Shown here: positions 1 to 9,029 of the stretch, piece after piece | Numbering within the stretch: the first letter of the stretch is position 1 | Layout of the letters: every line of letters starts with the position of its first letter | Source: Alphaproteobacteria bacterium | GTDB lineage: Bacteria > Pseudomonadota > Alphaproteobacteria > SP197 | Assembly (NCBI GenBank): GCA_964291265.2 | Contig: OZ219747.1 | Location: 1,760,001-1,824,000 of the forward strand | DNA length: 64,000 nucleotides | Direction of reading: 5' to 3' | The notes under the pieces: model-generated | Database searches by the model: none | The model's input: the letters and a program-made list of their open reading frames with translations, nothing else | Told to the model about the DNA's origin: nothing | Program-made: the position numbers and the translations under genes

Positions 1-236
1 CCACCGAGGATTCAAGCCAGCCATTCAGCCGTCCATTGAACCTCTGTAGTAGTTTTCGTGAATCACCTGCATCGGTATCGAAAGTCACAGGGTGCGTTGT
101 CGCTGCGCCCTGTCTTCGGAAGACCACGTCGGTGGAGGACAGCGCCACTGCCCGGATGCGAAGTCCGTGGAGACGGGTGCAGGGACGTCGCGCCCGCAGG
201 AACGACACGCTGTTCAAATCAAACGGAATGGTTTCA

Positions 237-479
237 TCAGTACTGCCGATCGGCTATAGCGCAAACAACAGACCGGCGCTGGTGGGAGGCGTGGGGCTGC
301 TTCGCTCGTTCGACGGGTGGTTGCCATTGATCCAACAACAGACCCGCCTTCTTCGCGTCTTCGTAGCTCTCGATGTCCTCGTGCCCGACTCGCTTCGATC
401 GCCAATGTCCGTCGATACCAGAAAACCCATTTCCTTTGAGAATTTTCCCGCACACGGGACACTCCTTACCGCCCTTCAT
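237..479 (-). CDS. Small putative Zn-finger protein (CPxC...H...H)
   Basis: MKGGKECPVCGKILKGNGFSGIDGHWRSKRVGHEDIESYEDA; the ATG at 479 overlaps the end of the upstream gene and follows GGAGG; a homologous frameshifted copy lies at 25785-25956. Confidence 0.65.
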   Translation of the reverse strand: MKGGKECPVCGKILKGNGFSGIDGHWRSKRVGHEDIESYEDAKKAGLLLDQWQPPVERAKQPHASHQRRSVVCAIADRQY

Positions 480-834
480 CGTCCGCCCTCCCGTCACACG
501 GGAAATGCGCCCGTAGGGCTGAGGTGACCACGACTAGGGGGTGGTGGTCAAGCTCTTCGGGATTTCTTCGCATCCATATTCGCACGGCATCCCGAATGTC
601 CCCGCTGGTGCTGCCAGATGTGCAGAACTTCAACTGTGGATCGAAACCGGTGTAGTCCCAAATGTTTTCTAATGCATCTCGAACACCGATGACGTACATC
701 ATAAAAGCCCCTTCCAACGCTATGTCGTCAGAAGTCGCCCAATCCAACAAATGGTTGCCATCTTGAAAGGCCAGTGTCTCTTTCGGTACTGCAACCAAGG
801 CTGTGCATATCGCGCCGATCAGCCATTTTCTCAC
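466..834 (-). CDS. Rap1a/Tai family secreted immunity-like protein
   Basis: GTG at 834 after GGAG; signal peptide VRKWLIGAICTALVAVPKETLA; pattern GNxLL...YVIGVRD...FC...VRxW...P...ALxxxFPC typical of Rap1a. Confidence 0.7.
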   Translation of the reverse strand: MRKWLIGAICTALVAVPKETLAFQDGNHLLDWATSDDIALEGAFMMYVIGVRDALENIWDYTGFDPQLKFCTSGSTSGDIRDAVRIWMRRNPEELDHHPLVVVTSALRAHFPCDGRADDEGR

Positions 835-968
835 TCGGCATCTCCGAGACGGCGGTGCAACGCGGTCCGGTACGGACTTGGTGCGGCGGAACAGGGCGAG
901 GACCGGCTTCTCGAGCGTCGCGCCCACGAGATCGTGCTGCTTCGGATCAGACATAGAAACGCCTCTGA

Positions 969-2201
969 TCATTGCACCGCCCTCCATTGAGCCATGGTCT
1001 TGCCGCCCTTACTCCGGTTGCAACCGGAACAAAGCAGTTGAAGGTTGTCGGGGTGATCAGTTCCACCCTTCGACCTGGGTAGAATATGATCCACATCCAT
1101 CACGCGAAACGGGAAGTGCGTGTTGCATCCCACACAGACGCCCTCCTGTTCCCCATAGAGGCGATGACGGTGCGTCCGGTAGTTGGGAAGATCGCCAAGG
1201 TCCGAGCGCTTCGGTGGGTCTGTGATCGCAATTGCGCCGCCCCATAGATTGCCGCCAAGATGCTTCCCGCCCTTCTCGTTGGCGCGATCTTCCGCAATCC
1301 TCTCATTGACCAACTTCACGGCCAGCGCCGACAGGTCGATGCCTGCCCACTGCCGCCCCATGCGATCTGCAGCTACCAACGCCGTCGCACAGCCGCAGAA
1401 CGGATCAAGCACTATGTCGCCGGGGTTGCTAGAAGCGCGGATTACGCGCTCTAGCAGTGCCAGAGGCTTCTGCGTCGGGTAACCAAGGCGCTCCGAGGAA
1501 GATCGCCCGATTGCGTTCATGTCCCAAACATCGCGCATTGAGGCCATAGTATACCAACGGCCAAATTCATCCTGATATTTCTCGACTCCTTTAAATCCAG
1601 GCGGCGCGCTTGTTGAATAAGATCTTTCTTTTTGAACGTTGAAAACGTGTTTGCTATGCTTCGCCGCATAGTACAGCAGAATGTCGTGCTTACGCCCGAA
1701 CCAACGCTTGCTAACACCGCCGGTTCGATAGGACCATACAATTTCGTTCAAGAAATTCTTATGCCCGAAAACTCCATCCATAAGCAGCTTAAGGTAGTGC
1801 GAAGCAGTGGGATCGCAATGCAGATAGATGCTCCCGGACGGCTTCAGAATGCGACTCATTTCCAGTAATCGCACGGCCATGAAGATGAGATATGACTGCA
1901 TACCCTTGCCGTGCGACTGGCGAGCGGCCTCGATCACGGAGTAGGCGGCGGGGTTGCGGTCTGCCAGTTCGCCATGCTCGTGGACGTCGATATCGTCCAA
2001 GGTCCACGCGTCTTTGAAAGCAGCGCCCGCTGCTTTGCTTCCTATCGGCGCCTCGTAGTGGCGATTGCTGTTGAACGGTGGGTCGAGATAGATCAAATCG
2101 ATACAGCCATCGTTCATGCCGCGCATGATCGACAGGTTGTCGCCAGTCCAGACCGTGCTGCTGGCGAAGTTCGCGAAGTTCGGTTCAGGCATCGTTTTCA
2201 A
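969..2201 (-). CDS. Site-specific N4/N6 DNA methyltransferase (beta class) fused to a C-terminal HNH endonuclease
   Basis: YLDPPFNS (motif IV), YPTQKP, VLDPFCGCAT (motif I), then CVGC...DVDHILPRSKGG...NLQLLCSGCN; start is TTG 2201 or ATG 2192. Confidence 0.9.
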   Translation of the reverse strand: MKTMPEPNFANFASSTVWTGDNLSIMRGMNDGCIDLIYLDPPFNSNRHYEAPIGSKAAGAAFKDAWTLDDIDVHEHGELADRNPAAYSVIEAARQSHGKGMQSYLIFMAVRLLEMSRILKPSGSIYLHCDPTASHYLKLLMDGVFGHKNFLNEIVWSYRTGGVSKRWFGRKHDILLYYAAKHSKHVFNVQKERSYSTSAPPGFKGVEKYQDEFGRWYTMASMRDVWDMNAIGRSSSERLGYPTQKPLALLERVIRASSNPGDIVLDPFCGCATALVAADRMGRQWAGIDLSALAVKLVNERIAEDRANEKGGKHLGGNLWGGAIAITDPPKRSDLGDLPNYRTHRHRLYGEQEGVCVGCNTHFPFRVMDVDHILPRSKGGTDHPDNLQLLCSGCNRSKGGKTMAQWRAVQ

Positions 2202-2665
2202 TCTTCAATCGGCCGTTGCGTGATGGATAGAGAGGCTTCGCCAGTAATCGTCCCCGACATTGCTATTTCGAGCCGCATCGGTGTCGCAAGCCTAAGTGTG
2301 CCATCCGCCATAATGACGACTGTCGTCCGGTCTGGGAGTGCCGCATAGCGATGCCCATCTCGGAGCGGATACGTCGGAAGCTGATTGACGGTCTCCATCA
2401 GGCTGGCTAACTGCGCAGACTCCCGTGCCTCGAGCGCCATCTGTAGTGCGGTGCGAAGCGCCTTTTCTGATCCGACAGTTTCGATATTCAGCACCTGCTG
2501 TATCGAGGGCGACACAGAATTCTTCGCCTCAAGAGCCGCAATGCGCTTGCGAAGGCCCCAAAACCCGACCATCGTTAGAAGACTGCCTGACAGGAACCAC
2601 CCGACCCGTATGAACACTTCGGTGAATGTGGCACCCAAAATTGCTTGATATGTGAACTCTTCCAT
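2198..2665 (-). CDS. Hypothetical membrane-anchored protein
   Basis: 155 aa ORF with an N-terminal hydrophobic helix followed by a coiled-coil-like segment; stop overlaps the MTase start (TTGA). Confidence 0.6.
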   Translation of the reverse strand: MEEFTYQAILGATFTEVFIRVGWFLSGSLLTMVGFWGLRKRIAALEAKNSVSPSIQQVLNIETVGSEKALRTALQMALEARESAQLASLMETVNQLPTYPLRDGHRYAALPDRTTVVIMADGTLRLATPMRLEIAMSGTITGEASLSITQRPIED

Positions 2666-2885
2666 CTGCGCATCATACCGCCTTCTGCCGCACCATCAAC
2701 CTCTTTGTAATCCCCTTGATTTAAGTAGGCTTGACTTTCTGACTGATGAGGCTCGCACCCAAGCTCTACGCCTTGAGGAATTCTCTCGTTGACGCCCTCA
2801 TTACGCATTGAACATCTCGGTTGGAGAACATGCAGATACGCTATCAATGGTTGGTGTACCCGTCCAGACTCCTTGCGCCGTCGGA

Positions 2886-4046
2886 TCACGAATCAGACAG
2901 ATCACAGAGCCGAGCAATGGCGGCTCCTGTGCGCTCGGCGGCGGCTTCCACGTCCCTGTCCTGGACATGCGCATAGCGCAGTGTCATGGAACAGCGGCTG
3001 TGGCCCAGGAGCCTGGCGACGATCGGCAATGGAATACCGCTCATGACCGCATGCGAGGCAAATGTGTGACGCAAGTCATGCAAGCGAACATCCTCGAGAC
3101 CGGCTTCCTTGCGAACCCTGTACCAAAGTCCGAGTTCACGTCCGCGTGGTCTCGCAGGATCACGCGGCGAGGGAAAGACCCAGGCGCTGCCCACCCTTGG
3201 CTGGCGCTCGACAAGTTCCCGGGCAACGGCTGGCAGCCAGACTTCGCGCGGTCCGGTCTTTGAATCCGTCAATCTGAGCGTGGCGCCATGGACCTCGCAC
3301 CATCGCAATCCGACGATTTCGTTGCGTCGGCACCCGGTCAGGAGGAGCAGGCGGATCATGTCAGCCTGGGCCTGGCGCGAGGGACGCTTCGCGACCAACC
3401 TGTCCAGTGTCCTGTAGAGACGGGCGACTTCCTCCCTGGACAGGAACCGCGTCAGGGCCGGGCGTCTGTTTCGCTTTACGCCCCGCGTTGGATCGTTGCT
3501 GACATGGCCGCTCTCGACGGCAAACTTCATGATGCGGCGCAACGTTCCCAGCGTCTCGTTGGCGCCGCCCGGTGCAACCTGACTGTAGTCATGGAACCAC
3601 GCCTCGACATGACGAGGCCCGATGTGATCGAGTCGCAGGGAACCGAATGACGGCAGCAATCGCCCCTTCAGTTCGCGGACAAGGCGTGCGCGTCGCTGAG
3701 GTTTGCAGTGGTCGAGGACTGCTTCCTTCCATGGCCCTTCGGCGAAAGCGGAAAAGAGCGGGACGATCGTCTCAGCCTTGCCATCGCCGGACTGCTCCCG
3801 GGCCATGAGGGTCAGACAGTCTCGACGTGCCTCCTCGACGGTCTTCAGTGCGACGGGTCCGATGGTCACGCGCGCCGGGCTGTCGTTCCTGAAGCCCTGC
3901 CAGACATAGCTGCGATGGCCCGAGGGCCGAACCCGCACGCCAAGGCCGGCGATGCGAGTGTCCCAGACCGTATACTCGACCTCGCGTGGGCGGAGCTTCT
4001 CGACGGCAGCGTCCGTCAACCTCACCTTCCTCGTGCCGGTTCTCAT
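2886..4046 (-). CDS. Tyrosine recombinase/integrase with N-terminal arm-binding (DUF4102-like) domain
   Basis: LTDAAVEKL..WDTRIAGLGVRV; catalytic R (TGCRRNE), K (DSKTG), HDLRH, LLGH, TLRY; ATG 4046 overlaps the upstream stop (ATGA). Confidence 0.93.
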   Translation of the reverse strand: MRTGTRKVRLTDAAVEKLRPREVEYTVWDTRIAGLGVRVRPSGHRSYVWQGFRNDSPARVTIGPVALKTVEEARRDCLTLMAREQSGDGKAETIVPLFSAFAEGPWKEAVLDHCKPQRRARLVRELKGRLLPSFGSLRLDHIGPRHVEAWFHDYSQVAPGGANETLGTLRRIMKFAVESGHVSNDPTRGVKRNRRPALTRFLSREEVARLYRTLDRLVAKRPSRQAQADMIRLLLLTGCRRNEIVGLRWCEVHGATLRLTDSKTGPREVWLPAVARELVERQPRVGSAWVFPSPRDPARPRGRELGLWYRVRKEAGLEDVRLHDLRHTFASHAVMSGIPLPIVARLLGHSRCSMTLRYAHVQDRDVEAAAERTGAAIARLCDLSDS

Positions 4047-5164
4047 GCCAGGCCCTCCGACAGGACCGGCGCCACGACATCGATGGCCTCGCGAACGGCC
4101 CCGTCGCCGAGATGCGTATAGCGCAGGGTCGTGGACGCCCTGCCGTGACCGAGAAGCTTGCCGATAGTGAGAATTGTCTCGCCATTCTGGAGTGCGACAC
4201 TGGCATAGCTGTGGCGAAGGTCGTGCAGGCGGATGTCGTCCAATCCGGCCTCCGCGCGGACCTGCCGCCAGAATCCGTCGAGATGACACCTCTTCGGTGT
4301 CGTTGCCGAAAAGACCCATATGTTGTTCCGCGGCAGGTTGTCGAGCACGTCGCGCGCGGCTTGCGCCAACCAGATCGTGCGTGGGCCAGTCTTGCTGTCC
4401 GTCAGGAACAATCTGCCTTCACGGTAGTCCGTCCACCTGAGCATGATGATCTCGCTCTTGCGGCAGCCCGTGAGGAGAAGCATCTGCATGGCGGCCGTGT
4501 GCAGGGGACGCCTTGACCGGTGGCGCGCCAGGACAGCTGCAAGACTGCGGTACTCCTCCGGCAGGAGGAACCGTTCGCGCCTGGTCTCGCGGTAGCGGCG
4601 GATACCGGCACAAGGGTTGCTGTTCTCCGGCCTCAAGCCCCAGGCTTCGGCCTTCTGCATGATGACGGAAAGGACCGGCGCAGACCGGTTTGCCGCCGCC
4701 GGCGTTGCATGGAGAGAACGGAACCATGTTGCGACATCCTGCCGGGTGATGGCGCTGATCATGCGACCCGCGAAGAACGGCAGGATCTGTCTGCGAAGGT
4801 AGATCCGGTTGACCCTGAGGGTGTCGGGTTTCCAGAGCCGTTCGTGGTGGACAAGGACTTCCTGTGCGACGGTCTCGAAGAGTGCGTCCCTCTCGACCCC
4901 GGGGTCCGCAGGGCCGCCGTTCCTGTACGCCGCCAGCATGGCGCGTGCCCGTTGACGCGCCTGCGCCACGGTCACGGCGCCGGCATCGTCGAAGGTCTTC
5001 CAGATCCTCCGGCCCTCGTGCTGGGAGTGAATGAAGTAGCGTCTGGTGCCCGAGGGCATGATGCGGATACCGAAGCCCTTCAGTTCGGTATCGCGTGCGT
5101 CCAGGATGACCTTCCCTGGCTTGAGCTTGTCAACCCGGTGCTGGGTGAGGTGCGTTGTGGCCAT
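4043..5164 (-). CDS. Tyrosine recombinase/integrase with N-terminal arm-binding (DUF4102-like) domain
   Basis: LTQHRVDKL..RDTELKGFGIRI; TGCRKSE, DSKTG, HDLRH, LLGH, TLRY; ATG 5164 preceded by GGAGG. Confidence 0.93.
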   Translation of the reverse strand: MATTHLTQHRVDKLKPGKVILDARDTELKGFGIRIMPSGTRRYFIHSQHEGRRIWKTFDDAGAVTVAQARQRARAMLAAYRNGGPADPGVERDALFETVAQEVLVHHERLWKPDTLRVNRIYLRRQILPFFAGRMISAITRQDVATWFRSLHATPAAANRSAPVLSVIMQKAEAWGLRPENSNPCAGIRRYRETRRERFLLPEEYRSLAAVLARHRSRRPLHTAAMQMLLLTGCRKSEIIMLRWTDYREGRLFLTDSKTGPRTIWLAQAARDVLDNLPRNNIWVFSATTPKRCHLDGFWRQVRAEAGLDDIRLHDLRHSYASVALQNGETILTIGKLLGHGRASTTLRYTHLGDGAVREAIDVVAPVLSEGLA

Positions 5165-5252
5165 GTTGCCTCCGGTGTTCTGTGACATCGGGGGAAGAAA
5201 GGCATCGCCTTTCCCTCTGATGTTGCAGAAACGAGAGGAGTTAAGTATGTTA

Positions 5253-5265
5253 TATCAGTTGATTA
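5253..5265 (+). promoter_or_regulatory. IHF-binding-site-like motif at the element end
   Basis: TATCAG TTGA TTA matches WATCARNNNNTTR within an AT-rich patch next to the integrase promoter. Confidence 0.45.
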
Positions 5266-5274
5266 GCACCACAG

Positions 5275-5886
5275 GTGCGGCATGACGTGTACATCGAGGC
5301 GTTCCTTGGGGGCGGCGCGATCATGAAGCGCAAGCCACCGGCGCTGCGCAGCATCGGCATTGACCTCAACCGCCGGGCGATCGACACCTTCCGCTGTGAC
5401 TATCCGGTGGAGCTTCACCAAGGCTGCGCCCTGCGTTTTCTCGAGACCTTCGCCTTCCAGGGCCGCGAGCTGGTCTACTGCGACCCGCCTTACGTGCAGT
5501 CGACGCGCCGGTCGCAGCGCCGCTACCGCTTCGACTGCACGGACGACGACCATGTTGCGCTCCTTGACATCCTGACGTCGCTGCCCTGCCAGGTGATGAT
5601 CTCCGGCTATCCCTCGCGGCTCTACGACACGCACCTCGCCGGCTGGCGCTCGGCCGAGGTCCAGGTCAACAACCAGGCCTGCGTTGTCACCGAGAAGCTG
5701 TGGTTCAACTTCGCACCGGGCCGACCGCACTGGCATACGTGTGCGGGCAGGAACTCGATCGACCGCCAGCGCATCAAGCGCCTCGCAGAGAGCTGGGCGC
5801 GGCGCTACCGGACGATGCCCGAAGGCGAGCGGCTCGCCGTGCTGGCGGCAGTCATGGCGGTGGAGGCGTCGTCATGGCGAGCGTGA
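5275..5886 (+). CDS. DNA adenine methylase (Dam/D12 class), probably 5'-truncated
   Basis: YIEAFLGGG (motif I) and YCDPPY (motif IV); the usual N-terminal YxGxK motif X is missing and the ORF starts at the integrase-element junction. Confidence 0.8.
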   Translation: MRHDVYIEAFLGGGAIMKRKPPALRSIGIDLNRRAIDTFRCDYPVELHQGCALRFLETFAFQGRELVYCDPPYVQSTRRSQRRYRFDCTDDDHVALLDILTSLPCQVMISGYPSRLYDTHLAGWRSAEVQVNNQACVVTEKLWFNFAPGRPHWHTCAGRNSIDRQRIKRLAESWARRYRTMPEGERLAVLAAVMAVEASSWRA

Positions 5887-7352
5887 ACGGCACGTCTGTG
5901 CGCCAGGAGGCCGACATCTTCCAGAAGCAGTTCCAGGATCTCCGCAAGCAGGGCAAGGTCAACCAGGAGTGCGAGGAGCTCTTCCGCGGCATGCTGATGC
6001 TGATAAAGCTGTTGCTGACCGTGCTCATGGAGAAGATCACACGTAAGACAAGCCGGAACTCCGGTCTGCCGCCATCGCAGACTGACAAGGACGAGAGCGC
6101 GAGGCGCACCGGGAGCAACGGCAAGGGCCCGAAGCCGAACCAGCAGACGGGCGACAACCTGCGCACGACCACCGTCGAGGAGACGATCGTCGTTGATGCC
6201 TGCGACGCCTGCGGCGCCGACCTCCACGACGTTGACCCCGTCGACCGGGAGTGCCGCGTCCTCTACGACATCGTGTTCGAAGTCGTCGAGCGCCGCGTCG
6301 AAGCCGAGATCAAGGAATGTCCGAAGTGCCGGGCCCGGACCAAGGGCCGGTTCCCAGACAACATGCCGGGCCCCCTGCAGTACGGCGTCAGCATCCAGGC
6401 CCTCGTCATCAACCTGCTGATCGCCCAGATGCTGTCCCTGCGTCGTGCCGTCTCGCTCGTGCACGCGATCTCCGGCATCAAGCTCTCCGAGGCGACCTGC
6501 CTCGGCTATGTCCGGCGCTTTCACGATGCCCTCGCATCATGGGAGGAGGCCGCCGTGGCCCATCTCCTGCAACAACCGGCCCTGCATGTCGACGAGACCG
6601 GCTTCCGGGTCGCCGGCAAGACCCAATGGCTCCATGTCGTCACCGACGGCACCCTGACGTGCAAGTTCCCGCACCCCAAGCGCGGCCGGGAGGCGATCGA
6701 AGAGATCGGCATCATCCCGCGCTACAAGGGCGTCCTGATCCACGACTGCTGGGCTGCCTACATGGGCTACGATCAATGCCGCCACCAACTGTGCGGCAGC
6801 CATCTCCTGCGCGAACTGACCTTCGTCGTCGAGTCCAACGGCTACCGCTGGGCGCGACTGATGAAAAGCCTGCTGCGCGAGGTCTCCCGCAGGGTCAACA
6901 AGAGCGCATCCAAGACCTTGAACGAGGCCGACCGCCGGGCCGTGCGCAAGCGCTACCGCACCATCCTCACCCAGGGCGCCAAGGAACTGCCCGACATCCC
7001 GCCACGGACGAAAGGAAAACGTGGACGCATCGCAAAGTCCGACGCGCACAACCTGCATGAACGTCTCGTGAAACACGAGAAGTCCGTCCTGCGCTTCATG
7101 AAGGACCCCAACGTCAGTTTCACCAACAATACCGGAGAGCAGAAGATCAGGATGACAAAGGTCAAGATCAAGGTGTCCGGATGTTTCCGCACCATGCCCC
7201 ACGCCAAAGCATGGTGCCGAGGCTCAAGCTACCTCACCACCATGGACGCACTCGGCTACAACCCTCACGTCGCCATCCACATCGCCCTCGACGGAAAGGC
7301 CGTAGACATCCTCAACCAACACTACGGACAACCAGACCCTAACAAGGGGTGA
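5874..7352 (+). CDS. IS66 family transposase (single-ORF TnpC type)
   Basis: SRNSGLPPSQ, CxxC...CxxC zinc ribbon, LHVDETG, IHDCW, QLCGSHLLREL, FTNNTGEQKIR; ATG 5874 overlaps the end of the Dam gene. Confidence 0.92.
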   Translation: MASVNGTSVRQEADIFQKQFQDLRKQGKVNQECEELFRGMLMLIKLLLTVLMEKITRKTSRNSGLPPSQTDKDESARRTGSNGKGPKPNQQTGDNLRTTTVEETIVVDACDACGADLHDVDPVDRECRVLYDIVFEVVERRVEAEIKECPKCRARTKGRFPDNMPGPLQYGVSIQALVINLLIAQMLSLRRAVSLVHAISGIKLSEATCLGYVRRFHDALASWEEAAVAHLLQQPALHVDETGFRVAGKTQWLHVVTDGTLTCKFPHPKRGREAIEEIGIIPRYKGVLIHDCWAAYMGYDQCRHQLCGSHLLRELTFVVESNGYRWARLMKSLLREVSRRVNKSASKTLNEADRRAVRKRYRTILTQGAKELPDIPPRTKGKRGRIAKSDAHNLHERLVKHEKSVLRFMKDPNVSFTNNTGEQKIRMTKVKIKVSGCFRTMPHAKAWCRGSSYLTTMDALGYNPHVAIHIALDGKAVDILNQHYGQPDPNKG

Positions 7353-7360
7353 GTAGTTAC
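7346..7360. repeat. IS66 right terminal inverted repeat
   Basis: GGGGTGAGTAGTTAC (reverse complement begins GTAAC, a typical IS66 end) overlapping the transposase stop; no left IR recognised in the window. Confidence 0.65.
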
Positions 7361-7665
7361 CCATCAACAATCTGGAAGGGCCCGGCGCCTGGCGAAGTGG
7401 AGCGCCACGGTGTTGCGTGTGATGGTGCGCTTCTTGACCTTTCCGACTTCGCGCCGGGGGCTCGTGGAGCATGATGGCGGGTGGAGGGGACTGGTTGAGG
7501 AGGGCTTTGATGCACATGGCTACCGTGCATGGGCGTACCGCGGACGTATGTCAAGCACAAGGTGCATTCATACATGGGTACACAGTGAAGCCTGATGAAT
7601 CCAACAAATAACGCAAAATCAGTGAGTTGTTGTGAAGATCAGCAGGAAATCGTCCGGAACTTCGG
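7361..7665 (-). mobile_element. IS1634-family 5' remnant interrupted by IS66
   Basis: Frameshifted MCIKALLNQSPPPAIMLHE/REVGKVKKRTI resembles the IS1634 N-terminus (PNRxSPPAILLRESxREGGKVKKRTLAN); end-like CCGAAGTTCC at 7665 and an IHF-like motif at 7617-7629. Confidence 0.5.
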
Positions 7666-8132
7666 CATAAGCGGAAGCTCTGTCCGTCACCGCCCTTTCG
7701 ATTGCGGGCGGGTTCGCATTTCTCCCATAGGCCACGTTTTCAACAGCCCCCTGAAATTCCGTACGTCCGGTTCCCGGGTACGGCTTCAAGCATCAGGCAC
7801 CCGCAGGAGTTCGGTGCGGTGCTTTCCGCCGGACATGCCACGGTCAAGGCTGACCCAACCTTAACCCACGGCGTCTCCTGAGCGTTTTCTCCGTCCTTGT
7901 CGCCCGCGGTGCGATTGCTGTCCGCATTGAGCTGTACTCCTTCCACAGGTGGAGGGAAACGGGGCCAGCGTTCCTCTCCCTCTGGAGCGCCGACCGCGCC
8001 ACCCCGCTCACGGCCAGACTCCGCCTCTCGGTGGCGCCGGGCGGTGTGACAGAGCCGGTGGATGGCAGCTCCTGCGGCGGCTATGTAAACCGGCTGGTGC
8101 GTCCTCCCCAGTTGAAGGCTCGCGCTGTTGTC

Positions 8133-8160
8133 TTGATTGCATCGCAGTCGCCGATAGAAT
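8133..8160 (+). promoter_or_regulatory. Sigma70-like promoter of the TA operon with an operator-like palindrome
   Basis: TTGATT-N16-TAGAAT overlapping the imperfect palindrome GATTGCATCGCAGTC. Confidence 0.45.
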
Positions 8161-8191
8161 GCAGCCAGCCGGCGTCCGGGTGAATAGGGGC

Positions 8192-8437
8192 ATGGCGAGC
8201 ATCACGATCCGCAATCTCGATGAAGACGTGAAGACGCGGTTGCGTGCAAGGGCCGCGAAGCACCATCGCTCGATGGAGGAAGAGGCGCGCATCATCCTGC
8301 GCGATGCGGTGAACGGCGGGCGGGCCGCGCCCCGGAACCTCGCGAAATTCGCCCGCGAATGCTTCGCGCCGTTGGGCGGCGTCGAGATTGTGCTTCCCAC
8401 GCGGGCCGCAATGCGCGAGCGAGCCGACTTTTCCTGA
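8192..8437 (+). CDS. FitA/StbC-like ribbon-helix-helix antitoxin
   Basis: MASITIRNLDEDVKTRLRARAAKHHRSMEEEARIILRDAV. Confidence 0.85.
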   Translation: MASITIRNLDEDVKTRLRARAAKHHRSMEEEARIILRDAVNGGRAAPRNLAKFARECFAPLGGVEIVLPTRAAMRERADFS

Positions 8438-8447
8438 GCCGCACGGA

Positions 8448-8715
8448 ATGCATATCATGGACACCAATGTGGCCTCCGAGCTGATGCGGCCTTCACCGGT
8501 TCCCGCCGTCTCGGCGTGGATTGTCGGTCGGGACAGCGAAGAGCTGTACCTGTCGGTCGTGAGCGAGTCCGAGCTTTGGTACGGTGTCGCGATCGTGCCG
8601 GCGTTCCGCCGGACGTCCGATCGCCCGCTCGCGCGGCATGGCGGTGGCGGTCCGCAATGTGCGCGACCTCGAGGATACCGGCATCGAGATTGCCGATCCC
8701 TGGACGGCGGCATGA
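8448..8715 (+). pseudogene. vapC: VapC/FitB PIN toxin pseudogene (internal deletion plus frameshift)
   Basis: N-terminus MHIMDTNVASELMRP...SELWYG; C-terminus IARSRGMAVAVRNVRDLEDTGIEIADPW in another frame; central part missing. Confidence 0.75.
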
Positions 8716-9029
8716 GCGGCACGACACAAGCCATTGTCCGCGTGAAGGTCGACAAGCCGTTAAAGGACGCGGTCTGGAACCTGACTTACGGTTCGAACGT
8801 GCCGTTCGAACACGCGTTGCCGGACGGAGTACAGACCGACTATGTTCCCTGCGGTCGGCAGGGTCCGTCCATAACGGCCAAGCGCGTGGGCGTTCATCCC
8901 ATCCCAGCACAGGACCGGGGATGACAACATTGCGAACAGCGCCGCGCACCTTTCGTGTTCCTGTCGAACGGCGAGGAGGCGCGTTCCTCCTTGCTACCGT
9001 CCGAGGCCAGGGAGCACGAACGCGCGACG

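Larger units (their letters stand above)
2686..5282. mobile_element. Putative dual tyrosine-integrase element
   Basis: Two coupled integrase genes; 9-bp inverted ends TGCCGCACC (2686-2694) and GGTGCGGCA (5274-5282), each with an inner TAATC...TGAT.TA IHF-like motif. Confidence 0.5.

Noticed and set aside
2693-7368. CCATCAAC direct repeat as the IS66 8-bp target-site duplication enclosing integrases, Dam and transposase
   Set aside because: The left copy is not immediately followed by a GTAAC-type IR, and an 8-mer match over several kb can occur by chance
7737-7750. TTTTCAACAGCCCC resembling an IS1182/IS5-type end
   Set aside because: No partner IR or transposase sequence recognised
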